From an uncultured bacterium (lineage in GTDB: Bacteria > Pseudomonadota > Gammaproteobacteria > Burkholderiales > JACQAP01), in the NCBI GenBank assembly GCA_965233135.1, contig CBDDRM010000201.1, forward strand, positions 6,580-70,579: a stretch of 64,000 bases of DNA, given 5' to 3'. The translations under genes and the position numbers were made by a program. The notes beneath the pieces were generated by a model. It ran no database searches, was not told the origin of the DNA, and worked only from the letters and a program-made list of their open reading frames with translations. Of the stretch, positions 18,284-25,932 are shown in pieces (positions within the stretch are counted from its first letter, which is position 1; each line of letters opens with the position of its first letter).

Positions 18284-18485
18284 ACGATGAGCTCCGGTAG
18301 ATGCGCGTGTAACTACTAAAATGAAGGCGGTAGCGAACCGATAATGGCGGAATAATACGGGAATACATGTTCCGCATTTCGTTCCCACGGGTGCCGGCCC
18401 ATCCTAGAAAGTTACGTAGGAGTACGCCAAAACCAATTGACGTAGGAAGATATTTTTAGATTTCCTAGTACCGCGAGGAGTGCTT

Positions 18486-19811
18486 ATGGTGCTAAGATCC
18501 CCTTCCGAGAAAGGTGAAGTTCCGTCAGGGAAACCGTTTGATGCCGATTCCGCAGGTGACGCCCAGATGATGCCAGAGCGCGCCAACCGCACGTTCATTT
18601 GCAGCGTGCTGTTTCTGGATATTGCCGAGTATTCGAAAAAACCGGTCTCGGAGCAGATCCAGCTCAAAGACAGGTTCAATGCGCTGATTGCAGAATCGAT
18701 TCGTGACATCGCGCCTAATGACCGCATCATTCTCGATACCGGCGACGGCGTTGCGATCAACTTCCTGGGGGATCCGGAGGACGCATTATTTGTGGCGATG
18801 AGCCTGCGCGAGTCTTTCGCGCCCAAGGCCGCCGATCCGCCGCATCTGCCCGCTAGAATCGGTATCAACCTCGGCCCTGTGCGCCTGGTTCGCGATCTGA
18901 ACAGCCAGCCCAATATTATCGGCGACGGAATCAACGTCGCGCAGAGAGTGATGGGTTTTGCGCAACCCGGCCAGATTCTCGTCTCGCGGTCGTATTACGA
19001 GGTCGTCCTGCATATCTCGGAGGGCTATACAAAACTCTTCAACTATGAAGGCTCGCGTACCGACAAGCACGTGCGTGAGCACGAAGTCTATAGCGTCGGC
19101 TATACAAGCCCACGCGCAAATGGCATTCGCTCCCCCGCCGAACGCGCCAAGGTTTCCACGCATGAAGGCAAGCGCCAGGCATCGGCAGCGACGCGCGCCA
19201 CCGGGGCATCCAGTCGTCCGCTGCTCGCCAGAATCGAACCCTGGCTTACCAACCGGACCATCGTCTTCGGCACAGCTACGTTGTCGGCGGGCGCGTTCGC
19301 GCTCGCGGTGGTGGTTAATCTGCTCGGTCAGGGCGAGGTCGCCGCGTTGCCGTCGCAAACTGCGGAGCGCCCTGCCGCGATCGGGCCGCAGGGCCGTGCC
19401 CGCCTTGAGAATAGTATGCCAGCGACATCGCGCAGAGAGCCGGAAAGAAAACTCGCGGCGGCCCCACAACGCACGGTCATAAACCGCACGGCCCCCGGAC
19501 CTGATGAAGGCAGCACCAAGAGAGAAGCGAAGCGCTCGCCGTTTGCCTTTTTTTCGAGCGACCCCGAGCCCGGTGTGGAGGACCTGCCGCCAGCGCCGGT
19601 CGGAACCGGCGTGGTCACACTGGCGGTCGCCCCATGGGGTGAAGTATTCGTCGACGGTGATCGCATCGGCGTCAGCCCGCCAGTCAACGAAGTGGAGGTG
19701 ACTCCGGGCAAGCGCAAGATAGAAATCAAGAACGGGAGTTTCCCGGTTTACACGCAAGTGGTCGATGTGAAGGCCGATCAGAAAGTCCGCATCAAGCACA
19801 AGTTCAACTAA
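18486..19811 (+). CDS. Class III adenylate/guanylate cyclase-homology protein with one TM helix and a C-terminal PEGA-like domain
   Basis: Cyclase-homology motifs FLDIAEYS, DTGDGVAINF and GDGINVAQRV. TM helix IVFGTATLSAGAFALAVVVNLL, then an Ala/Pro/Arg-rich linker. C-terminus VVTLAVAPWGEVFVDGDRIGVSP...GKRKIEIKNGSF is PEGA-like. ATG 18486 has SD GAGGAG 5 nt upstream (the track uses GTG 18480). Confidence 0.75.
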   Translation: MVLRSPSEKGEVPSGKPFDADSAGDAQMMPERANRTFICSVLFLDIAEYSKKPVSEQIQLKDRFNALIAESIRDIAPNDRIILDTGDGVAINFLGDPEDALFVAMSLRESFAPKAADPPHLPARIGINLGPVRLVRDLNSQPNIIGDGINVAQRVMGFAQPGQILVSRSYYEVVLHISEGYTKLFNYEGSRTDKHVREHEVYSVGYTSPRANGIRSPAERAKVSTHEGKRQASAATRATGASSRPLLARIEPWLTNRTIVFGTATLSAGAFALAVVVNLLGQGEVAALPSQTAERPAAIGPQGRARLENSMPATSRREPERKLAAAPQRTVINRTAPGPDEGSTKREAKRSPFAFFSSDPEPGVEDLPPAPVGTGVVTLAVAPWGEVFVDGDRIGVSPPVNEVEVTPGKRKIEIKNGSFPVYTQVVDVKADQKVRIKHKFN

Positions 19812-19817
19812 ACGACG

Positions 19818-20213
19818 ATGCGCCAAGACATACGCATACTGCTAACGGTCGCGATCCTGCTCCTGGGCGGATGCCAATATGGCCCTCTGAAAGAGTTGGG
19901 AGCCCCGCGCACGGCTGGGACCAAGTATCTGGAAGACGGGGTACAGAATTATGAAGAGGGCAACTATCGCATAGCCAGACGTCGATTGCAGTTCGCATTG
20001 GAGGAAGGGCTCGATCGGACAGGCCGCGTCAAGGCGCATAAGTATCTCGCGTTCATCGCGTGCGTCTCCAGCCAGCAGTTGACTTGCCGCGAAGAATTTG
20101 CGATTGCGCTTGAACTCGACCCGGCCTTTGAACTGAACGCGGCCGAGTCAGGGCACCCGATCTGGGGTCCCATGTTCAAAAGTGTCAAAGCGAAGCAATC
20201 GAGGCAGCCATGA
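19818..20213 (+). CDS. Small lipoprotein with a TPR-like helical repeat, function unknown
   Basis: 131 aa. Signal peptide plus lipobox (ILLTVAILLLGGC). Helical repeat EEGNYRIARRRLQFALEEGL...AHKYLAFIACV...CREEFAIALELDPAF. There is a 6-nt gap from the upstream gene, and its stop overlaps the next start. Confidence 0.7.
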   Translation: MRQDIRILLTVAILLLGGCQYGPLKELGAPRTAGTKYLEDGVQNYEEGNYRIARRRLQFALEEGLDRTGRVKAHKYLAFIACVSSQQLTCREEFAIALELDPAFELNAAESGHPIWGPMFKSVKAKQSRQP

Positions 20214-21562
20214 TCAATGGCGCGTTGAGCAACATGCTGGGGCGCTACGAGATCCTTTCTGAGCTTGGGCAAGGGTCCATGGGCGTGGTCTACAAGGCTC
20301 GCGATCCGATGCTGGATCGAATCGTTGCAATCAAGACCATCAATCTGACGCTGCCAAAAGAGGAATTGGCCGAGTACGAGGCGCGCTTCTACCAGGAAGC
20401 CAAGGCTGCCGGCGGGTTATCTCATCGCAATATCGTCACTATCCACGACATCGGCCGAAGCGATCGCGTCGCATACATGGCCATGGAATTTCTCGAAGGC
20501 CAGGAATTGCGCCGGTTGCTTCAGGCGCACGCGCCGATTCGGATCGCACAGGCGCTGGACATCGGCGCGCAGGTCGCTGACGGACTTCAGTACGCGCACG
20601 ACCGCCAGATCATCCACCGGGACATCAAACCGGCCAATATCATGGTGCTGAATGACGGGCAGATCAAGATTACCGATTTCGGAATCGCCCGAATGCGCAC
20701 CAATGAAGTCAAGACCATGACCGGAATGATTTTGGGGTCGCCAAAATACATGTCGCCGGAGCAAGTCTCCGGCAAGCGAGCCGACACGCGCTCCGACATA
20801 TTCTCGCTTGGCGTGGTGCTGTATGAGATGCTGACCGGAACGTCCCCTTTCGTCGCCGATAACATACATGGCGTGATGTATCAGACGATGAACTTCAATC
20901 CGCCTCCGCCGAAAACGCTTGCTCCTGAATTGCCGGAGGTGCTGAATTTCGTAATCGCCAAGGCGCTTGCCAAGAATCTGGATGATCGCTATCAAAGTGC
21001 AAAGGAACTGTGCAACGATCTGCGCCAGGCCATCGCCGAACTAAGCGGCGAACCAGGCAGTCACGAATTAAGCGCCGGTCCGTCCGGGGTCCCATTTGTC
21101 GAACCCCTCTCTCCGCTGACGCGCCAGCAGGATAAGGAGGCGCGGATTCTCAGCATGGCGGACAATATCGCCATAGATAGCGCTGCCGGTGACCCGGCGC
21201 CTGAAGACACACCGCTGGATGCTACGGATTCCAGTGTCCCGGCGCTCGGCCTTTCGAAGGCTTTCGATTCATTCGATGCGACAATGCGCCTGGCCGCGCT
21301 CACCGGGGTGGAAAAGGATCTGGATAAATTCTCGGAGACGCAAAAAATTGCCCGGCTGAAGGCGCTGGCGGATGCCAAGCGCGGCACGGCCTCGGCTGCC
21401 GCCTCGACTCTTTCCGGCAGCGCCACCACCTGGCAACACAAGGCAACCAGCTCAGAGCAGGCGGATGCCGCGACCTCCATGACGCGCGCGCAATTCAAGC
21501 TGATCTGGATTTGCAGCGGAATCATGGCAATTGCTGCCGCGGGGCTCTTTCTGTTGCGCTGA
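20210..21562 (+). CDS. Hanks-type serine/threonine protein kinase, C-terminally tail-anchored
   Basis: GQGSMGVVYKA, VAIK, HRDIKPANIMV, DFGIAR and GSPKYMSPEQ. Then about 150 low-complexity residues and a single TM helix (LIWICSGIMAIAAAGLFLL) at the extreme C-terminus. ATGA overlap with the lipoprotein gene. Confidence 0.9.
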   Translation: MINGALSNMLGRYEILSELGQGSMGVVYKARDPMLDRIVAIKTINLTLPKEELAEYEARFYQEAKAAGGLSHRNIVTIHDIGRSDRVAYMAMEFLEGQELRRLLQAHAPIRIAQALDIGAQVADGLQYAHDRQIIHRDIKPANIMVLNDGQIKITDFGIARMRTNEVKTMTGMILGSPKYMSPEQVSGKRADTRSDIFSLGVVLYEMLTGTSPFVADNIHGVMYQTMNFNPPPPKTLAPELPEVLNFVIAKALAKNLDDRYQSAKELCNDLRQAIAELSGEPGSHELSAGPSGVPFVEPLSPLTRQQDKEARILSMADNIAIDSAAGDPAPEDTPLDATDSSVPALGLSKAFDSFDATMRLAALTGVEKDLDKFSETQKIARLKALADAKRGTASAAASTLSGSATTWQHKATSSEQADAATSMTRAQFKLIWICSGIMAIAAAGLFLLR

Positions 21563-21564
21563 AC

Positions 21565-22917
21565 CTAGCGCATTTTTTCCACGGCCTCTTCCACACGCTC
21601 CACGGCGAGCACTTCCAGGCCTTCGATTGGTGTCCTCGGCGCATTGGCCTTCGGAACGACGGCCATTGTGAATCCGAGTTTCGCGGCTTCCCGCAGGCGC
21701 TCTTGACCTCGCTGTACGGGCCGCACTTCCCCCGCCAGCCCGATTTCGCCGAAAGCTACCATCTTCTCCGGCAGGCTCTTGTTTCGGAGTGACGAGACGA
21801 TGGCAAGCAGCACCGGCAGATCAGCGGCCGGTTCGTCGATCTTTACGCCGCCCACCGCATTGACGAAGACATCCTGATCAAACGCGGCGATGCCGGCATG
21901 TCTATGCAGCACAGCCAGCAGCATCGCAAGCCGGTTCGGTTCCAGCCCGACGCTGAGCCGCCGCGGATTCGGTGCGTGCGCTTCATCGACCAGCGCCTGC
22001 ACCTCCACCAGCAACGGGCGTGATCCCTCCTGCGTGACCATTACGCAAGACCCGGGGACTTGCGTCGGATGATGCGACAGAAATAGCGCCGAAGGATTGG
22101 AAATGCCGCGCAATCCGCGCTCCGTCATCGCGAAGACGCCGAGCTCGTTGACGGCACCGAAGCGATTTTTGATCGCGCGGACGAGCCTGAAGCTCGAGTG
22201 GCTATCCCCCTCGAAGTACAGAACAGCATCGACCATGTGCTCCAGGACGCGCGGGCCGGCCAATGCGCCCTCCTTCGTGACATGTCCGACCAGCAGCAGC
22301 GCGGTACCCGATGACTTCGCGAAACGCGTCAATTGGGCGGCACACTCACGCACCTGTGCCACGCTGCCTGGAGCGGATTGCAGCGCTTCGGAATACACCG
22401 TCTGGATGGAATCGATCACCGCGACGTCCGGTCGTTGCGCAGATAGCACCGAGAGGATCTTCTCCAGCTGTATCTCCGCAAGCAACTCCAGAGCGGACGC
22501 GTCGACAGCAAGTCGCCGCGCCCGTAGCGCAATCTGTTGAGCGGACTCCTCTCCGCTCACGTAGATCGCGTTGCAGCTGCGCCCCAGAATGGCGAGAGAC
22601 TGCAGTAGAAGAGTCGATTTGCCGATCCCGGGATCGCCGCCGAGCAGCACGACCGCGCCATCCACCAACCCGCCGCCAAGCACCCGATCGAGCTCGTCGA
22701 TGCCTGTGGGCCTGCGCGGCTCTTCGCGGGCATCAACGTCGGCGAGCTTCTGCAATTTGCTGGCTGCAGCGATGGACTGATAACGGGAGCCACCCGATTT
22801 TTCGGCAATGGTCTCGACCAGAGTGTTCCAGGCCGTGCAATGCGGGCACTGGCCCTGCCATTTCAGGGTCTGTCCGCCGCACTCGGTGCACGTATAGACT
22901 GTTTTCGTCTTCGCCAT
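21565..22917 (-). CDS. radA: DNA repair protein RadA (Sms)
   Basis: From ATG 22917: MAKTKTVYTCTECGGQTLKWQGQCPHCTAWNT (zinc finger), Walker A GGDPGIGKSTLLLQ, KNRFG motif and a Lon-like C-terminus. The track start at 23181 would overlap alr by 260 nt. Confidence 0.95.
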   Translation of the reverse strand: MAKTKTVYTCTECGGQTLKWQGQCPHCTAWNTLVETIAEKSGGSRYQSIAAASKLQKLADVDAREEPRRPTGIDELDRVLGGGLVDGAVVLLGGDPGIGKSTLLLQSLAILGRSCNAIYVSGEESAQQIALRARRLAVDASALELLAEIQLEKILSVLSAQRPDVAVIDSIQTVYSEALQSAPGSVAQVRECAAQLTRFAKSSGTALLLVGHVTKEGALAGPRVLEHMVDAVLYFEGDSHSSFRLVRAIKNRFGAVNELGVFAMTERGLRGISNPSALFLSHHPTQVPGSCVMVTQEGSRPLLVEVQALVDEAHAPNPRRLSVGLEPNRLAMLLAVLHRHAGIAAFDQDVFVNAVGGVKIDEPAADLPVLLAIVSSLRNKSLPEKMVAFGEIGLAGEVRPVQRGQERLREAAKLGFTMAVVPKANAPRTPIEGLEVLAVERVEEAVEKMR

Positions 22918-22921
22918 CTTG

Positions 22922-23992
22922 TCAGACCGATTCGTTGACTGGCACGCGGCGTGCCAATGCACACATGAGCTCGTAGCTGACCGTACCCGCCGCGGTCGCC
23001 ACGACCTCGATCGGCAAGCCCTTTCCCCAAAGTACGACCGGCGAGCCGACACGCGCGCCGGGGGCTTCGGTGAGGTCGACACACAACATATCCATGGACA
23101 CCCGCCCCACCAACGCCACCTTTTTGCCATCGACAAGCACGGGTGTGCCGTTAGGCGCATGGCGCGGGTAGCCATCCGCATAGCCGCACGCGATAACGCC
23201 GACCCGCATTGCGCGATCGGCCGAGAAACCGCGGCCGTAACCGACGCTATCGCCAGGTTTCAGGTGCTGGATGGCAATGATCTCACTCGTGAGCGTCATG
23301 ACCGGGTGCAGACCCAGGTCCTGCGCGCTGGCCGCCTGCAGCGGACTTGCGCCATACAGCATCAATCCCGGGCGCACCCATTGACCTTGCGCGTCTGGGA
23401 AGCGCAGCAATGCGGCCGAATTGGCCAAAGACCAGCGGTAGCCCGGACGCGCTACGCGCGTTTCGAATTCGCGCATCTGCCAGTCGATGCCCCCGGCGCC
23501 TTCGGCGTCCGAAAAATGAGTCGCCAGAATCAGTTCCCGAGCACACGGCAATGCAAGGGTCTCCTCGATCACGGCCGACGCGTCCGCGCAGGCAAACCCC
23601 AACCGGTTCATGCCGGTGTTGAACTTCAGAAACAAGTCGATCTTGCTCGAGCCGGGCAGCGCTTTGAGCATCAAAAGCTGTTCGCGCGCATGCACCATCA
23701 GCGTCAAGTCGTGATGCGCGATCTCCGCCAACTCTTCCGCGCGGAAACAGCCCTCCAGCAGCAGAATGCGCTGCCGGAATCCGGCATCACGCAGGCGCAC
23801 GGCATCCTCGAGTTCAAGTAACGCAAATCCGTCCGCGTCCGCCAGCGCGCGGGCCGCGCGCAACAATCCATGGCCATAGGCGTTGGCCTTGATGACAGCC
23901 ATGACCGCCGCATTCCCCGCGAAGCGGCGCGCAACAGCAAGATTGTTCTTTAGCGCGGCGAGATCGAAACTAGCCTGGATGGGTCGGGCCAT
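22922..23992 (-). CDS. alr: Alanine racemase
   Basis: 356 aa. AVIKANAYGHG PLP-lysine motif and a typical C-terminal SYELMCAL... Its stop lies 4 nt before the radA start. Confidence 0.92.
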   Translation of the reverse strand: MARPIQASFDLAALKNNLAVARRFAGNAAVMAVIKANAYGHGLLRAARALADADGFALLELEDAVRLRDAGFRQRILLLEGCFRAEELAEIAHHDLTLMVHAREQLLMLKALPGSSKIDLFLKFNTGMNRLGFACADASAVIEETLALPCARELILATHFSDAEGAGGIDWQMREFETRVARPGYRWSLANSAALLRFPDAQGQWVRPGLMLYGASPLQAASAQDLGLHPVMTLTSEIIAIQHLKPGDSVGYGRGFSADRAMRVGVIACGYADGYPRHAPNGTPVLVDGKKVALVGRVSMDMLCVDLTEAPGARVGSPVVLWGKGLPIEVVATAAGTVSYELMCALARRVPVNESV

Positions 23993-24187
23993 GTATGTTG
24001 AGTCGTCCCACGATGATTCATGATTTAACGGTCGCGATATTCTATGCGTTTGGCCGCGCGATCAGACAGTCGTTTGTCGTGACGGGTGCAATCCCGGCAC
24101 TGTTATGTGGTATAAAACCCGCCGCGAAGGTGCAATGATCTCCAACGACAAGAATTCGAACTCACCGCCCCTACCCGCTCCGACCCC

Positions 24188-25417
24188 ATGAATCGCGGGT
24201 TTTACACCATCCTGGGCGCCCAATTTTTCTCCGCGCTGGCCGACAATGCCTTGCTGTTCGCTGCCATCGCACTGCTGGCGAGCCTGAACGCGCAGGCTTG
24301 GCAAACGCCCGTGCTGCAGCAGTTCTTCGTTTTCGCATACATTGTGCTGGCGCCGTTCGTGGGTCCGTTCGCGGATTCCCTGCCCAAGGGGCGCGTCATG
24401 TTCGTGGCCAACGCGGTGAAGTTGCTTGGCTGCATAGCCATGTTGATGGGGACCCACCCGTTGCTCGCTTACGGTCTCGTCGGTGTCGGCGCCGCAATGT
24501 ATTCGCCTGCAAAATACGGCATTCTGACCGAATACCTGCCGCATCAGAAACTCGTGCTTGCCAACGGGTGGATGGAGGGCCTGACGGTTGCCGCGATTAT
24601 CCTGGGTTCGATCGTCGGGGGCATCATGGTCAGCCCGCGCTTTGCCGATTACGTGTTTGCCCGGCTGCAATTGCCGGTGGTGAGTAGCATCAATACGCCC
24701 CCGGAGCTGGCCATCAGCGTCATCCTGGTGCTTTATTTCATTGCAGCCGTGATTAATCTGTATATCCCGAAAGTCGCGATCGATCACAAACTGCCGAAAC
24801 GCAATCCCATGTTCATCATGCAGGACTTCTGGCACAGCTTCCGCTTGCTGTGGCGCGATCCGCTGGGACAAGTATCGCTGGCAGTGACCACTCTGTTTTG
24901 GGGAGCGGGCGCGACGTTGCGACTGATCGTGCTGATATGGGCGTCCATGGCACTGAATTTCAGCCTTGAGAAAGCTACGCAATTGACCGCAGTCGTCGCC
25001 TTCGGCATTGCGCTGGGGTCGGTGCTTGCCGCGAAATACGTTTCGTTAAAACGCGCAGTCCGCGTCCTTCCCGTCGGAATCGCCATGGGATTTCTGGTGA
25101 TCACGATGGTTTTCATCACTGATTGGCGCATCGCCATTGTTCTGCTGATCGTGATCGGCGCCATGGGCGGATATTTCGTGGTCCCCATGAATGCCCTGTT
25201 GCAGCATCGCGGCCATCTTTTGATGGGCGCAGGTCACTCGATCGCGGTTCAGAACTTCAATGAAAACTTGTCCATCCTGGTACTGCTGGGGATTTATGCC
25301 CTCATGATCAAGCTCGACGTATCCATCCAGGCAATCATCGTCTCGTTCGGCTTGTTCATCTCACTTTCCATGACCTATCTGACCCGAAGGCACTGGCATG
25401 ACCAGGATCGTAGTTAA
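24188..25417 (+). CDS. lplT: MFS transporter, lysophospholipid transporter LplT-like
   Basis: 409 aa with about 12 hydrophobic segments. N-terminal GAQFFSALADNALLFAAIALL resembles E. coli LplT ([20 protein letters not shown]). Confidence 0.75.
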   Translation: MNRGFYTILGAQFFSALADNALLFAAIALLASLNAQAWQTPVLQQFFVFAYIVLAPFVGPFADSLPKGRVMFVANAVKLLGCIAMLMGTHPLLAYGLVGVGAAMYSPAKYGILTEYLPHQKLVLANGWMEGLTVAAIILGSIVGGIMVSPRFADYVFARLQLPVVSSINTPPELAISVILVLYFIAAVINLYIPKVAIDHKLPKRNPMFIMQDFWHSFRLLWRDPLGQVSLAVTTLFWGAGATLRLIVLIWASMALNFSLEKATQLTAVVAFGIALGSVLAAKYVSLKRAVRVLPVGIAMGFLVITMVFITDWRIAIVLLIVIGAMGGYFVVPMNALLQHRGHLLMGAGHSIAVQNFNENLSILVLLGIYALMIKLDVSIQAIIVSFGLFISLSMTYLTRRHWHDQDRS

Positions 25418-25433
25418 AGACGGGGCCGCGTCC

Positions 25434-25931
25434 CTAAAGCACGACCGGCCGGTCAGATAGTTCGTTCGCACGCCCGCTTGCGCCCGGGTAGTGCGTTTCG
25501 AGGATCTGCGAAACTCGGTCGATGCCGATCAAGACCGCGCGTTCGAACTCGCCGTCGCGCAGCGCGCTTTCCATGGCATGACAGACAGCTTCCCAGCCCG
25601 ACGCACCGACGAGGCCATAAATGCCACGATCGGCCACGATCTCCACGTCGTGGTCGGCGAGCAGCAAGTAGATCAACACGCCGTTGTTGTGCTGGGTGTC
25701 CCAGACTCTCAATGCGGAGAAGACTTCGAGCGCCCGCTCGCGCGCTGATTCGCCTTGCAACAGAGAGGACGTATCGAGGGCATGCTCGACGGCAAACCGG
25801 ATTTGGCCGCCATGGCGTGTTTCCGATAGTGCAATTGCCTGTTCGATGCGGCTCATGGTCGCTGGCGGGAACGCGCGGCGCGTGCGCCACGGCGGAGACA
25901 TCAGATGACGTAACAGTCTGCGCATTGTCAT
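25434..25931 (-). CDS. TPM domain-containing protein (third gene of the LemA-TPM-TPM operon)
   Basis: 165 aa from ATG 25931 (MTMRRLL...). RIEQAIALSETRHGGQIRFAVEHAL...VLIYLLLADHDVEIVADRG follows the TPM/TLP18.3 pattern. The track start at 26075 would overlap the upstream gene. The real start is 1 nt after that gene's stop. Confidence 0.8.
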   Translation of the reverse strand: MTMRRLLRHLMSPPWRTRRAFPPATMSRIEQAIALSETRHGGQIRFAVEHALDTSSLLQGESARERALEVFSALRVWDTQHNNGVLIYLLLADHDVEIVADRGIYGLVGASGWEAVCHAMESALRDGEFERAVLIGIDRVSQILETHYPGASGRANELSDRPVVL

Positions 25932-25932
25932 G

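Noticed and set aside
18786-19826. 346-aa - ORF
   Set aside because: It lies antisense to the cyclase/PEGA gene. The translation is Arg-rich with no motif.
19818-20213. Idea that the 131-aa lipoprotein is a type VI secretion-associated lipoprotein (TssQ/TagQ-like), and that the kinase is a PpkA-type T6SS regulator
   Set aside because: This rests only on a vague recollection of similar small TPR lipoproteins. No T6SS core, FHA or PppA genes are in the window, so the assignment cannot be supported.
22918-23181. N-terminal extension of radA in the ORF track (88 extra residues)
   Set aside because: It would overlap alr by 260 nt. The conserved RadA N-terminus MAKTKTVYTCTECG starts at 22917. The same reasoning trimmed mfd (41960..42082), suhB (54962..55444), fadE, udg, the TPM gene, the binding protein, the hydroxyacyl dehydrogenase, BKACE, ompR, envZ, the Nfu protein, the NarL-type regulator and the DUF3494 gene.
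22919-23821. 300-aa + ORF
   Set aside because: It lies antisense to alr, which carries the PLP-lysine motif. Shadow ORF.
24062-24982. 306-aa - ORF
   Set aside because: It lies antisense to the 12-TM MFS transporter gene. The translation is rich in His, Gln and Arg and looks non-protein-like.
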